From positions 777,706 to 841,705 of the forward strand of contig MNCI01002989.1 of the NCBI GenBank assembly GCA_015680685.1: 64,000 nucleotides of DNA. The letters run 5' to 3'. The notes beneath the pieces were generated by a model. The model searched no databases, was not told the DNA's origin, and worked only from the letters and a program-made list of their open reading frames with translations. Shown piece after piece: positions 37,401 to 51,952 of the stretch. This stretch comes from Gnetum montanum (lineage: Eukaryota; Plantae; Gnetophyta). The position numbers and the translations under genes are program-made. The stretch's first letter is position 1, and each line of letters starts with the position of its first letter.

Positions 37401-39354
37401 CTTTATAGTTATAAAATACATAGAAAATTCTAAAAATATCATTTTTCTACTATGGCAACATGGGTTTCTTTACTTATATTATATGTATTATAATATTTTT
37501 ATTTATTAAATATAATAATATATGCAAGTAAACTTTGCAATTCACATTTCCATCTTCTTTAGTATTTATGATTGATTTGCTACACATACCAATGATAGAC
37601 CTCTTATGATCTTAGATAGGAGGCCCCCTATCATTAGTGTCATTGTTGAAGGGCATTTGTAAATTGCTTGTTTTACTTATATATCTACAAATTTTCTTTT
37701 CTTAGTTGTCAAATTTATAGAAAATAAAGGATTGAAGTAATTATGGTTAAACTAAACAATATAAATAAAATAAAGAATAAGACATAATTAGTCCCAATTA
37801 CTTTCAAAAAATTGTGAATGAAGCCACACCTTCTATTGTAGTGAAATTTCATCAAAGAAAAATACGAAAATGACATGATGTGAATGGATGATTTTGAAAA
37901 GAGCCTAAGAAAGTTGCACCTCCTACCTTTGAGGAGGCCTTGTTTGATCAAGGATTCATCAAGTATTTGGTAAATTACAAATGAATGTTACCTCAATAAT
38001 CAAAGTATGTTACTCATGAGAAGCATTGTGATTTGATTATGAAGAAAGACAATGAGTGCATATATATTGAGAAGCAGAAATTTATTCTAAATATTTTTAT
38101 TACTACAACATGAATGATTCTAGGGGAAGAAGGTTCATGCATCTTTGTTTATGATGCATGAGTTATACCTATAACAACCCTAAGCATTCCATCATCTCAT
38201 ATTTGTCTTACATTTGTTTGAATGAAGGTGTTAATGATTTGGATAAGCCATTATTTATATGAACCTATGAGAGTCAAATTTATGAAGTGGTTTACATCCT
38301 ACTTGAAAGCATTGAGGAGATTGAAAGGAAAATGATTGATATGATTGACATTCTCACATTCAAGAGGTAACTAAATGTTCAAACATTTATCATTGCTTAT
38401 AAGCTGCAAGGTTTGAATAATAAGTAGTAGAAACTATGTTTTTTTTCCCATACACTCACTAATCATTTTAAAATATGGAATTAAGATCTTTTATCCAATT
38501 TTATCTCTTCTTGCGTAATCATGTTAAAAGCTTTTGATGTTAGATTTCCATCTTTAACTCAAGTTGTGAATCTTAAAAAGAAGATAGTAGGTTGGATGTA
38601 AGATACTAATAAATCATTAGATGTGATCATAGAATGGTATACTTTCATGGTTAATTAGTATTCAAATTATGTGTTTAACTAATATGAATAATTAATGCAC
38701 TTGGTAGAAGGACTATGATTGCACACGTGTGAAATGATGGATATGTATGTTATGAAGAATCTCTACTAGAGTTTAGTAGTACAAATTACAATTGTGCTTG
38801 ATGTTGTGGCTAGATTAGAAGGTGGATGACATAAGCATGCTAACATAGAGAAAGTCAATACAAATCTCCAATGATAGAAGAATGTGAAGAATTTTGAATT
38901 TAAGATTCAACCATTTGATGCTATTGAAATCCTTGTGTAAGAAACCATGAAAACCAAGAAAAAATTAGTAGATCATACTAATGTAGTCGATAAATTTTGA
39001 GATGTATTAAATTAAAGAATGATAGTAGTCTTAAGGATTTAGAAAATAAATTTTCTAAAACAACTATGAAAGTAGCTACAGCATGAGGTAGGATTATTGA
39101 AAGTAAGAAAAAGCATAATAGGTCTTACTCTAATTGGTTATCTTATACTTCTGTCATAAAATCAACACCAACAATTAATGGGATTTAATCCTTAGAAGTT
39201 AGTATCCTGGAGTGTCCTCTCTATTGCGCAAAAGCTTCATCATGCCAACCTTCTTCTTACCATGAAACTTAGTAGGCTATAAATCAAATACCTCAAGTAA
39301 TGCCTAAGTAATATTATTTAAATCCACCATAACTATGTCAACAACTGTAAGTCA

Positions 39355-42300
39355 TGTTGACCTTTTGGTATGTCAAAACATTAAGGAAAATGGAGTACAA
39401 GGATGTTTGTGTGGTTTTTGTGTTTACAGGAAAGAGAGCAAAGGACTCAAGGACTCACAAGAAAATTTGGGATCACTAGGACTCAAGGAAGCATGGATAA
39501 ATACAAAGAATTCAAGAAAAATATGTCTATTTTTGTTGGGGATGATTCTTGGATGTTTTGGCATGTTTTGAAGTGTTTCTAACTCATTTTGATGAGTCTA
39601 GGAGGTTATAAGGTTTATGGGGATTTATTTAGAGGCATATGGAGGCTCCCAACATCAAAACAAGCAGTTTCATTTTTGGCCCCTATAGAAGAGACATCTC
39701 TCCCAAGCTAAAGATGTCTTTCTAGTAGGTAGCACAGGAAAAGACGTCTATGCAAAATAGCAAACATCTTTCATTAGGCAAAGACACATTTTCCTAGACA
39801 AAGACATCTTAACAGAATACATCCCAATTGCAAAAAGATGTCTTTCTCCAAACAAAGACATCTTCCTAGAATTGAAGGTAAAGATAGAAAGATGTCTCAA
39901 GCACGAAGAAGACATCTTGCATGACTATTAGTGATCATTGCCTAGCCATTGCACAAGTTCCAAGATGAATTTAGAAACATGGTAGCTATAAGAAGACATC
40001 ATATGCATTGGGAAATGTGCAATCTTATGTATAATCATTGTCAAATCATTTGTTCATCATTGTAATCTCTATTGCTCTTCATTGTATCATAATTTATTCA
40101 TTGTAAAGTGTACTATACCTCAACGTACAAGGATTAGCAAACTAAGTTGCATTTATCCCTTGTAATTGTTCTCTCTTATTGCCCTACGGGGTTGATGTGC
40201 TTCTTGCAAGAAGACATCTTGCTTGAGTTTGTCAGGATCCTACAGGATTGAGTTATTGGTGCTACAGTACGACACTCTAGTGTGGAGCTCAAGATTGTAA
40301 AGGTTATGGAAGCCATGAAACCACATTTTCAAGCCTGACGAGACCTTGTGGGGTTGAGTGATTTATGCTGTAGTATAACACTTTGGAGCAGGGCTTGAAG
40401 ACTATATAGGGTGTGGACCTTCCAACCATATTTTGAGAGCAACAATGTCTGGAGGTGTTCTTGTGATCTACCCTCTAAGTGTGGACTACCTAAGCTGGGG
40501 AACCATGTTAAATTTGGTGTGTGGGTTTTGTTTGTTTAAGTTTTAATTTGGGGAACTTATTCATCCCCCCTTTCTAAGTTTAATGATCCACAAGTGGTAT
40601 TAGAGCATGGTACTCTTGCACTCTTCATCAATCTCCAAGAGTGACTAATGGAAGGGGCTTTTAACACTAGATATAATTAGTTAAGGAGACTAATTTTCTT
40701 TATCAACTATTGTATCCAATCTGTATATCGTATCTGCCAAAAAGGTAAATCTTTCATTCTATTTAGAAATGAAAGTGTCTACTCTTGCAAGCTTAATAGT
40801 ATTTGTGATATTGATGAAAGGTATGGAATAGTTTGTAATGAGATTCTTTCTTTTCAAAATTTATGCATTGAGATAAAAGATGCTTTGCATGTTAAGGAAA
40901 TGAAAATTATAGTTCTTAATGATGAATGTTCTTATCTTAAGAAAGAAAACTCAAACCTTAAGGCTAAGGTTAAAAAACTAACCTATGTGATTAAGTAGAT
41001 GAACAAGAACTCTTTGTTCAAAGACCAAAAGCAAACAAATGGATGTCTGAGGAATTTCTTAGAAGAAAATCAATCCAATCAATTCAAAGTTAGAGAAAGA
41101 GGTAAGAAAAGAAGTAAAAATATTTCAAATTCTAATTTTGATCTTTCTTCTATAGAATAATTAATATGTGGTGGAAGAGGCCATTTGGCCTCCAAATGCC
41201 CCAATGCTTACAGGTTTCAAGAGAAAGAGTATAGTGAAGAAACAAGAAGAAGTAACATTCATATAAGCTGGGATGATGAAGATGCATCAAATCAAGAAGA
41301 TAAAAAGGTAAACAATTTCTTCACCAATTGGGATGATAAAGACCAAGGTAAGGAAGAGGTAGGTGACACCTCAAAAGATCCTCATCTCATTTATATGGCT
41401 CTCATAGATGATGATGTTGGCCTTTTTGATGATGATGATCAATCTGAGAATGCGGAAGAAAAGTATATTCTATTGTGTAAGTTGGAAAGTATTTGTGTAA
41501 AGTTAACTAAGTAAAAACTAAGGATCAAGATATTTATTCAATAAATTTAACAATTTTTGATCTTACAAAAGAAATCTCAGACCTTAGGGTAAAGAATAAA
41601 GAGCTAACCTAATTTTATGAGCAGATCAAGGAAGAACTTGCAGATGCCAAACTTGTGAATGAGATGCTAATCAAGGGAAAAGAATCTCTTCAAATAGTTC
41701 TTGGGAAAGGAAGAAGTCCAAATGAAAAAAGTGTTCTAGGATGTTGTCAATAGGAACAAGCATCTACATCAACCTCATCTAAACAAGAGATCACTCCAAA
41801 AGATGAGGTAAACACTAGCACTATAGGTAGTCAAAAGGTAACTCCAAAGGTAAATTATGTTAATCACAATAAAAATTTTAGATGTTACTACTGTAATAAA
41901 ATAGGACACAAGCAATGGAAATTTAATTTAAAATATTATCACTTGAATACCTAGTCATATCATTAGACTCCTTGGTCTTATCCAAATGTGTTAAGAAAGG
42001 AAATCTTGCAGGATCATAGGAAAACTCAAAAGGACGAGGGAGTGAAGAAAGTTTGGAGAATTAAGAAAAAGGAGGATGAGAATGAAAAGACACTCCAACA
42101 AATTTGTGAGAGGGAGTCAAGCCTTGAAGATTGAGGAAGTCTACATAAGACGAGAACCTTGAAAGAGGAGTCTCATTCTCTAGCATTGTAAGTATCTTCA
42201 CTTTCTTTGATAGGAAAGGTAAGTAGAGGTAAGTATTTAATATATTTTAAGAATATGGAAAATTAGCTCCATGTTCTACAAATATTAAGATAAACATATT

Positions 42301-45121
42301 TGATATGAGTGAGGCATTATTGGTTGTCAGATAAAATGCTATCATTTGTGTATATGTGATTATGCTATCTTTTGTGTACATATGAGCATGATGTGATGAA
42401 AAATAACTTTATTAGTTTATGGTTGAATGGAAGCTTGTGCTACTTTAAAGTTTTTATTGATAAATCATCTTTTGGATTTTTAACTAGATTTCATTGGTTT
42501 CAAGTGGTTTAAAACATTCATTGTTGTTTAAACATATACGAATTATGTTCCATATGATTTGGCATAGTTTTCTTCCTATGAAGTTGCTTACTTCTAAAAT
42601 CATAAAGTCCAATTTCTTTTGAAAGATTTTTGATGTTTAATAAGTAAGCATTGGATTTGGTACCTTTAATGTAATTCATGTATCTTCTGAGAACAAAAAC
42701 ATTTCAATAGGAATTATTTGCTATTTTTATGAGAGACCTCAAAATTGATCTTGATATGACACCCTAGATCTATGGAGACATCACCTAGTCCCTTATGCAA
42801 TTCTCAAAGTATGTGTGATGTTTATGCCTATGTTCTTGTGATGATTTTTGATAAGTTAAATATATTTTTTCATGATTGGAAGTGTCTTAGACTTGTTTTG
42901 ATATAACTAATGGGAGACCTTGGTCTCCATACTTGATCTTAGAATTTCTTTATAGCATGAAGATCCTAAAAGGCTCAAGAGGAGAATAAAAATTAGCATT
43001 AATCTCTCTACAATAGATGTTTTAAAAGATGGGTCATATATGTAGGTGGAGTCTTGAGTGATTCTCTCAAAGATATGATATCATAATTGCTAATCTTGCT
43101 ATCTTTAGCATCTATATTAGACAACAAGCAAGGAAGACCATATTCATTTGGTAAAGAAAAAGAGGACATTTATCTACCAATATTTATCTAAAGATGGTCT
43201 TTATTGATGAAAGCTCTTGAACTTTATATGTTATATAAACTTACTTATAAGTATTATGTTCAGGATTTCATGGTTCATGTTTGACCTTTTGTATGTTGAG
43301 ATTGTATCATTTGACGTGCCTATGATCCTTTTTCCAAATATATATATAGAGGTAATTTTTTAATCATATATTAGTTTATGAATTTTCTAGATGATTGCTT
43401 GTGATATTTTGAATTTTTTAGCATGATAAGATGTATCGGTTAAACATTGAATATGCATGTTTTTACTCACCTGTCATGAAATTACTCTCAGATTGTTGGA
43501 AGAACATTGGTTTAGAGGTAGGTTGCTTTCTCTTAAATATCTTTTAAAAAGCTTGAATCAAGTATGTTTCTTGTTGTTGTAGATAGATGAAGGGCCACTT
43601 TTGATAAACACATTTTACTTCACTAGCCCTATGAAATTAATAAGATGCGTACTCTTCATATGGTTCCCTTGCAAAATGTTTGTTTGTTATGCATAATTAT
43701 ATTATGAAACATTTTTACAAGTGTTTGGATGAATTCGTTTGGGAACTAGCCATACAAGAGGAGTATTTTGTGCTAGTTATGCAATGGATTTCCATAACTA
43801 TATGTTGTTATTCTAAAATTACATATCTTTCAAATACAAGTTTATATGCATCATCCTTTTTGGTCATGTTCAAAAAGAAGAAGTAGCTTATGTATTATGA
43901 TATTATGATAAAGACTAACCTATTTTCTTAAGTTTTGGACATTACCAAAAAAGGGAAGATTGTTGACCTTTTGGTATGTTAAAACATTAAGGAAAATGGA
44001 GTACAAGGATGTTTGTATGGTTGTTGTGTTTACAAGAGAAAGAGCAAAGGACTCAAGGACTCACAAGCAGATTCGAGATCACCAAGACTCAAGGGAGCAT
44101 GGACGAATACAAAGAATTCAAGCAAAATGTGTGTATTTTTGTTAAGGATGATTTCTGGATATTTTGCCATGTTTTAGAGTGTTTTTGGCTCATTTTGATG
44201 AGTCTAGGAGGTTATAAGGTCTATAGGTACTTATTTGGAGCCATCCAGAGGTTCCTAGCATGAAAAGAAGTAGGTTAATTTTTGGTCCCTACAAAAGAGA
44301 CGTCTTTCCCATACCAAAGATGTATTTCTAGTAGGTAGCACAACCAAAGATGTCTCTAGAAAACAACAGATGTCTTTCATCAGGCAAAGACATCTTTTTC
44401 TAAACAAAGACATCTTTCTCTAGACAAAGATGTCTTCTAGAATGGAGATTTCAAAGAAAGATCTTTCCTAGACAAAGACATCTTCCTAGAATTGAAGGCA
44501 AAGATAGAAAGATGTCTTAGGCATGAAGAAGACATCTTTCATGATCATTAGTGATCATTGCCTAGCCATTGCATGACTTCAAAGATGGATTTAGAAACAT
44601 AGTAGCTATAAGAAGACATCATATGCATTGGGAAATGTGCAAGCTTCTATACAATCATTGTCAAATCATTTGTTAATTATTGAAATCTCTATTTCTCTTC
44701 ATTGTATCATAATTTTTTCATTATAAAGTGTGCTATACCTCAACGTACAAGAATCAGCAAACTAAGTTGCATTTATCCCTTGTAATTGTTCTCTCTTGTT
44801 GCGGAGCTCAAGATTATAAAGGTTGTGAAAGCCTTGAAACCACATTTTCAAGCTTGATGGGACCTTGTGGATTGAGTGATTGGTGCTATGGTACAATCCT
44901 TTGAAGTGGGGCTTGAAGGCTATATAGGGTGTGGACCCTTCAACCACATTTTGAGAGAAACAAAGTCCAGAGGTATGCTTGCGATCTACCCTCCGAGTGT
45001 GGACTAGCCAAGTTGGGAAATCACATTAAATTCAGTGTGTGTGCTTTGTTTGTTTAAGTTTTAATTTGAGGAACTTATTCATCCTCCCCCTCCCCCCCCC
45101 CTCTAAGTTCAACGATCCATA
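39355..45121 (+). mobile_element. Non-autonomous SIRE/Maximus-like Ty1/Copia element (two LTRs, decayed gag, no recognisable pol)
   Basis: LTRs 39355-40592 and 43961-45121 (TGTTGACC...GATCCACA/TA); PBS TGGTATTAGAGC at 40595-40606; PPT AAAAAAGGGAAGAT before 43961; ATTCATCCCCCC..CTAAG near the LTR ends; two CCHC-like knuckles; TSD not convincing. Confidence 0.85.
40627..42190 (+). pseudogene. Decayed gag-like ORF with two zinc-knuckle remnants and coiled-coil segments
   Basis: CGGRGHLASKC at ~41167-41200; CYYCNKIGHKQW at ~41883-41918; acidic ORF 41185-41514. Confidence 0.7.
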
Positions 45122-45424
45122 GGCCCAACAATACCCATAATGGTTTGATTGTACTACCTTCATTTTTCATCATCATACACTATTAAGCAGTACCATAATA
45201 ATCTTGTCCCTTCTATGACAATAAATTCATGATCTAATAGATAAAAATATTTACACAAGAGAAATAAGAGTACCAAGATTAGTGATAAATCATGCTCTTT
45301 TTCTTCTTCACTATCATCTTCCAAGTATCAAGAATAAGAGATACATATCTTTGAAAATCATGAACTTTTTACTCATTCAAACAAAGAAAAAGATAGAATA
45401 TTGACAAGTGGAAGAAAGGAAGCT

Positions 45425-46953
45425 TTGTCTTTGAATTTCAGCCATTAAAACTAGCACTTGAAAGGTTACAAAGAATCTCAATAATCTCCTCTACCATTTG
45501 GTTATGTCATTAAAAAAGATGATTGTTAGGTATTAGTCTTGACCTTGGTCATGGGGGAAGAGGCCTTCACCTAATGGATTTTATAGTAATGTATCATTTG
45601 CTTATTTTTTTATTTTATGTACATCTATTTTTGGAATCTAACTATATATAATTCTTTAATTTTCTAATTCTTTTTAATTTGGTATGATTTGGTATGCATT
45701 TTTGTAAGCATACAGATCTAGCAATTTTAGTTTATTATTTTTAGCATAATTTTTTTATGTATGTCTATTTTTGATATTAATGATTAATGAATTTTTATTT
45801 TTACATTATTTTAAGATTATTTTTCTATATTTTGTGTGTTCATGAGAAATCATTTGATGTGGTTTATGAATGCTTAACGTAAGAGCTAAATGATAAATGA
45901 ATAAGACTATAGAAGTTATGATGATACAAGAGTGTCAAATGGATCTAATAAAGAACTTTGGTTGATGGAACACATATACAATGCAAATTCATCCATACCC
46001 TTTTCTTCTACCATGAATGGAAAACCAAACATATATATTTCCAAAGGAGCTAGATCCTATAACACAAATGAAGAAGTTGATGCTATTGGATCCATGGGAG
46101 GATCTAGTGTATTAAAATTTTAAGGTGTAATCTTTGGAAACTTGTGTGAGTGCTTTGTTATAGTTTAAAAAATGATGTGTCATTGAGGGATCTTGTCTTT
46201 GAAATTTATCCATCAAAACCAACACTTGATAGATTACAAAGAATCTCAATAATCTCATCTGCCATTTGGTTATGTTGTTAAAAAAGATGATTGTTAGGTA
46301 TTAGTCTTGATCTTAGTCATGGGGGAAGAGGCCTTCACTTAATGGATTTTATAGTAATGTATCATTTTCTTATTTTTTTTGTTTTATGTACATCTATTTT
46401 TTGAATCTAACTATATATCATTCTTTAATTTTCCAATTATTTTCAACTTGGTATGATTTTGTATGCATTTTTGTAAGCATATAGTTCGAACAATTTTATT
46501 TTTTTATTTTTAGCATAATTTTTTATGTATGTCTATTTTTGATATTAATGATTAGTCAATTTTGATTTTTATATTATTTTAAGATTATTTTTTATATTTT
46601 GTGTGTTCATGAGAAATCATTTAATGTGGTTTATCAATGCTCAACCTAAGAGCTAAAAGGTAAATGGATAAGGCTACAAAAGTGATGATGATGCAAGAGT
46701 GTCAAATGGATCTAATATAAAACTTTGGAACACATATAGAGGGAAAATTCATCCATACCCTTTTCTTCTACCATGAGTGGAAAACCAAACATATATTTAT
46801 AAAGGATCTAGATCCTACACCACAAATTAAGAAGTTGATGCTACTGGATCCATGGGAGGATCTAGTGTACTAGAATTTAAAGATGTAAGCTTTGGAAACT
46901 TGTATCAATGCTTTGTTTTGGTTAAAAAATGATGTGTCATTGAGGGATCTTGT
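45425..46953. repeat. Tandem duplication, 2 x ~765 bp (45425-46192, 46193-46953)
   Basis: Colinear, highly similar copies at offset 768; TTGT microhomology at the junction and ends. Confidence 0.93.
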
Positions 46954-47661
46954 GACAACTAGGATGGATTTTGATCAATTAAGTTTAATCATTGTGCTTG
47001 TACTTGCTTTTCCTAACTACATTAGTTAGAGAAGGTTCATGATTTTGTAAACCTATGATGGTTGCATTGAGCTTAGAAATGAGCTATTTGATTCATCAAG
47101 TGCATGTCAAGAAATCTACATTGTGAGCTAAGATTCTGATGAAAAGCAATGATCCTCTTCTCTTTTTAAAACATTGAAAAAAATTCTTAAAAAATAAATT
47201 TAAAAAATAAAAAAAAATACAAAGAAAAAAATTTCAAAAATGAGGATGAGGTTGTGGAGATATGAGTAATAGATGTTTCCTCACACTCTTGGTCCACACA
47301 AATTGATGATGTTACCATCCCAAGCTAGAGATTTTTTAGTTGCTTAAAATTAATAGGAACATGATTTAAGTCTATACCCCTTAAATTGGTATTTACCATC
47401 TAGGTAGAATGATAATTCCATGACCAACCTATTTGATTACCTAAGAAGATTAAATAAGTTTAGGTCTATAATCATTAATCATTACATTACATCAACTCCA
47501 ATGGTTTCAAATGCCTAGAAGTTGCTCTTAGAGGGAATTCTAGTAAATTTAAATGCTGCTTTTAATCAAATATTAGCCCAAGAATCAAAAATTTATTTAA
47601 CCATGATGGACATATTCATTTTTATTACCTAGATGAACCATAATATGTGGATTTTATTATT

Positions 47662-48379
47662 TAACTATTGTAATCATTATCTTCCCAATTACACTTGTTA
47701 CATGCAAAGGTATGGTTAAGTGCAACTAAGGCATATGATTTTTATTATTTTTACATTTATACTTTAGGTCACCTAAGGGTAAAGAATAATGTATAAAATG
47801 AAATAATTAAATTAATAATTGAATCTAACTAGCTACACCTAGCTAATCCTAACATATGAATTCATTCTTGCTTACCATACACATCTTGAATGTGTTTAAC
47901 GCTACTGGGTTATCAAACGTTAGGTGTTACTAGGATTACCAAGTGCTAAGTGTATGCTTAAAGTGGTCGTACTAATTATGTGCTTAATTAATTTCTATTT
48001 AATATATCTTAATATAGCTTAATTATTTAAAACATTAAATAAAATTACATAAATAAATAATTAATCTTTTTCAAAGTGCTATGAGGTTTATCAAAAAGCC
48101 TGTCTTTATTACTGCAAACATTGTCATGCTCATGTGCAATAGTGCTTGAATAAAAATCCGTACACTCTTTGACTCTTATTATAACTTTTAAGTAAGAAAA
48201 TTGCAAGAGCTCCACTATGACTATGACCAAAGATGCCATAAACATGGTGGGTGAGCATGTATTTATAGGCAAAAATAGACATTGCATTGACTAGGCCATG
48301 TCAACACATTAGATCCCATGTCGACACAGCAATGTTGATGAGGCCTTGTTGACAAAACCTAGGAAAACATGATTCATCA
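47662..48379 (-). repeat. 3' LTR (truncated)
   Basis: Begins TGATGAATCATG at 48379 on minus; aligns with 59685-60435. Confidence 0.9.
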
Positions 48380-48599
48380 TACCCCCATGACTAAATGAAA
48401 ACTTGTTCTTGAGTGAAAAAAAGGAGGAATAAGTTTCTTACAAAATCTTATGAAGGTATGGGATTATTGACTAACTACTGACATTCATAGATATAAACAC
48501 AAACAACCACTAAGTGCCCGAGTGTATGGATTTATAATCATTACAAAATTTTGGTGTTTAGGACAACAAAATTGAACACTAGGACAAAAATGACAAATA

Positions 48600-51506
48600 T
48601 AATTCCTCTGATGATGCAAAAACGAGGAAGAAGTTGAAATGGTCCCATGTGGTGGAGGTTCTTGAGGCTTCAAAGAACCTTCTCCTACTTCAGGTGCATG
48701 TGGTGGTTAAGGCGGTTGCGGTTGTTCTACAATAGCTACAACTTATGGTGGAAGATGGAAGGCATCCAATAGTGCCTTCATCTTCTCCTCCTTACTTTTG
48801 GGATCATTCATAGTCCACATTGCATCATGAGTATGGGTAGGTTTGGGAACATTCCAAGGATAAGACATTGCTAAGAACAGCTCCTTTGCATTGATGAACC
48901 AAGCAGTAAAAATTTTGTGTTCAACATCGAACTCCTTTACTGTATTTTGTAGCTACTTGTAGTGAGTCATTCTCATGGCCAAGTTCTTAGTTATAGATAG
49001 TTGATCGGTGAAGCACTACCTGAGAATGTTGAGTTTTGCATTTGCCACCTCAAGCTTCTAGTTGGTGTCTTTGTGATACTTGAATGTAGCTTCATACAAC
49101 AAGTATGAGTTGGTCACCTATTTCTCTAATTTAGACCATGGCTATCCAAAAGTCACCATCACTAGATTTACATAATGAAGATTGGCAAGCTCCCTGTACT
49201 CCATCATCTTCTTGATCTACAACTCCTATATGCAAATCTCCACGTTGTTGTAGTTATTGAGCCCATCAAAGATAGGTTGCCAAACGTCACCTACTTCGTT
49301 TAGCTACTATAGGGCCATATTAAGTTTCACCTTCGCCATCTAAATATGTTTTTCATTGATTTCCTTTTGTAAACCAACCTAATATTTGTAGTAATTTTTG
49401 ACTCTCTCAAACTTAAGAGCATCAATTTTCTAAGCATCTTCCTCTATTACAGATTTCTAGCAAAGATCTCAAACTTCCTTCATGGAGAGATTTCTGCTTT
49501 CAGCTACCAATATCCTTAGTTTATTGTTCACTTTGGCTAGCTACTCTTGCTGTTGATAGAATAAATCTTGCATTTTCTACTTCTGTGCATCAACATTTTG
49601 TAGGGGATGATTTTCTACAGTCAAAGTTACATTCTCATGGTGAGCCTAATTTAAGGCCTTTTGAATATTATGTATGGTGGCATTGACCAAGGACTGATTA
49701 AAGATCACCGTTTGCTTTGCATCCTCAACCTTCTTGAGATTGTCTTGAAGTTATTGAAAAGCTTCATCATGGGTCAGTGTAGGGTTGAGAAACATAGGAT
49801 CAGTAAGGCAGGCTCTTAGTTCAGTAACCTCCATAGCTAAGTGTTGGTTTTAAGCTTGAGCTATTTCAAGTTGCCAATCCATTATAATGCATTTGTCCCT
49901 TACTTCCAGCAGCTCTGAATGGGTTGTAGTGATTATTTCTAAAGATCAAAGACATCAAGAATCGATTGCTTAGTTCCCACTAGTTGGTCCAGCAACTCCT
50001 TGTGCTAGGCTATGCTTAATTTGCTGCTAACTATTTTGGCAGATGTCTGCACATCTATGAGTGTAGAAACATCTAGTACAAATGTCGTAGGTGCATTCAA
50101 TGCCTCAAAAATGCTATCAACAACCACCTTTGCTACTGTCTCCTACCCATGATGCTGCATCACCAAGACAATTGCCCCCTTATCCTCCTCCAGGTGCACC
50201 AAGAAAGTAGTTGCATTCCCAAAGATTTTTACTACTATTGGGAATTACTACTATTGTAAGAGAAATATTGTTATCTCTTGGATGCTAGGATTCAATCTCA
50301 TGGGAAGCTGTGTTCTTTAGGCTAAGAAAACTAGGCCACCTCCCTTGATTTAGCTAATGATTTGAGCCACTTCATTAAGGTGGCTCATCACTACACAATA
50401 CATAGATAGATTGCCACAACTTGTTCTTACTTGATGCTCTTTCTCACGTAAGAGCTACTCTTAGATCTTGTGCATTTGTTTAAGGGAAACATGAGACTTT
50501 GATGTTGTTTCATGAGTGGGTGGTGGAGGTGGTGGTTGCTGCTCCTCTTTCTTGGTTGTTGGAGGGGTCTTATCTTTCATCATTTCTAGCCAAGAGGCAG
50601 AACGAGCATGCCTAATTGTATCATTGCCATATCGAACTATTCCTACCCTTGTGTATATTTTTTTGATGAGGTAGGGAAAGGGTAGGGTCTTTCTTCCATG
50701 TTCATTTTTCTTAAATCACTTCTCTATCTCTAGATAGATTAGGTGTAGAAGGTTCACAAAAATTTCCCACTCAAAGTAGCACACACATGGGCAGAAAAGT
50801 TAGTCACCTTATTGGACCTCATTATTGGATTGAGATGATAGGATACTATATTGAAATATACGTACTCTACTAGGGTGAGTGCACCATACTCATTGTAGTT
50901 CACTCCATAATATCATTGTATCCAATCCTTCTTTGCCTCTAAGTCTACTTGTGTGGATATCTCTACCAAATTTTTTCCAATATCAAGCAACCCAAGGGCC
51001 TATGCAATAGCCTCCACTAAGTAGGACACCTAAATATCCTTGATCTTCATAGTGGCTTTTACTTACCTATTTTTCCAGAAGAGATATGTCTCTCCCATGT
51101 ACCATTCCTCACTAGCAGTGATGATTGGTCACATGGGAGAGTTTTGCAACTGTATCTTGACTTTTGCTAGATCATGTTCTAAGAATGGTCCAAACTTCAA
51201 TTCTTGGAGAATTAAACATTGGATGTCACGAGACTTGATCTGATCAACTGAAGCTTGAGTTAATGTGATCTCAAGTCTTGGCATCAGACTTGGAACCTCA
51301 TCTCGATGGGATTGTTTAGTTATGGCCACTTCCTATGGAATTTATCAAATAGATTCCACTTTGGGCTCCTTCCATAGAGGTCCGATCACATGAGTTTCTA
51401 CTGCTTGTTCTTGGGCTTGTTCTTATTGCTCTCTTCTAGCTCTAGGTAATTTGTCCCTTGGCTGGGATGGTCCTCCTTCCTATGAGTGTTTTAGTCTAGG
51501 TGTGAT
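48600..51506 (-). pseudogene. Athila accessory ORF, second copy (plant transposon protein domain, coiled coil, conserved C-terminal motif)
   Basis: WYMGETYLFW (~51075-51104), LPFPYLIKK (~50660-50685), WFINAKELFLAMSYPW...NDPKSKEEKMKALLDAF (~48760-48900). Confidence 0.8.
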
Positions 51507-51952
51507 TTGTAATCACAACATGACCAAGGACTAGCATGTATTATGTAACTTTGAAACATTTAGAATACCTTATCTCTTGGGGTAGTCACACTTGGCTAAG
51601 TTGTGATCATCACTGGTTTAATTATTGTAATATTATTTTATTATTACCTAATTAAATATCTTACCTAAGTGTGTTGGAAGGGTTTAACTTCCATAGGTTG
51701 ATGATTTAATATTATTTTATTCATTAAAACCATGGGGGAGTTAGAAAAATTTGAAAATGTTTTGTCAAAAACCTAAGGTTTGTGGCCTTCACAGTGTAAA
51801 CTATATTTCTAGAAGCTGCAAGACTAAAGAATGGAATGAATCAGATAAACAACTTAAAAGTTACAAGCTTTGAAAGGTTTTGAGCTTTGAAAAATCACAA
51901 AAAATCCACTTACATTTGAAGTAAATGGCAAAAATTTCCCAAGCAGTGAGCA

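Noticed and set aside
37600-39300. Decayed coding-like sequence after the old LTR copy B
   Set aside because: Probably a retroelement interior, but no diagnostic motif could be read, so it was not annotated
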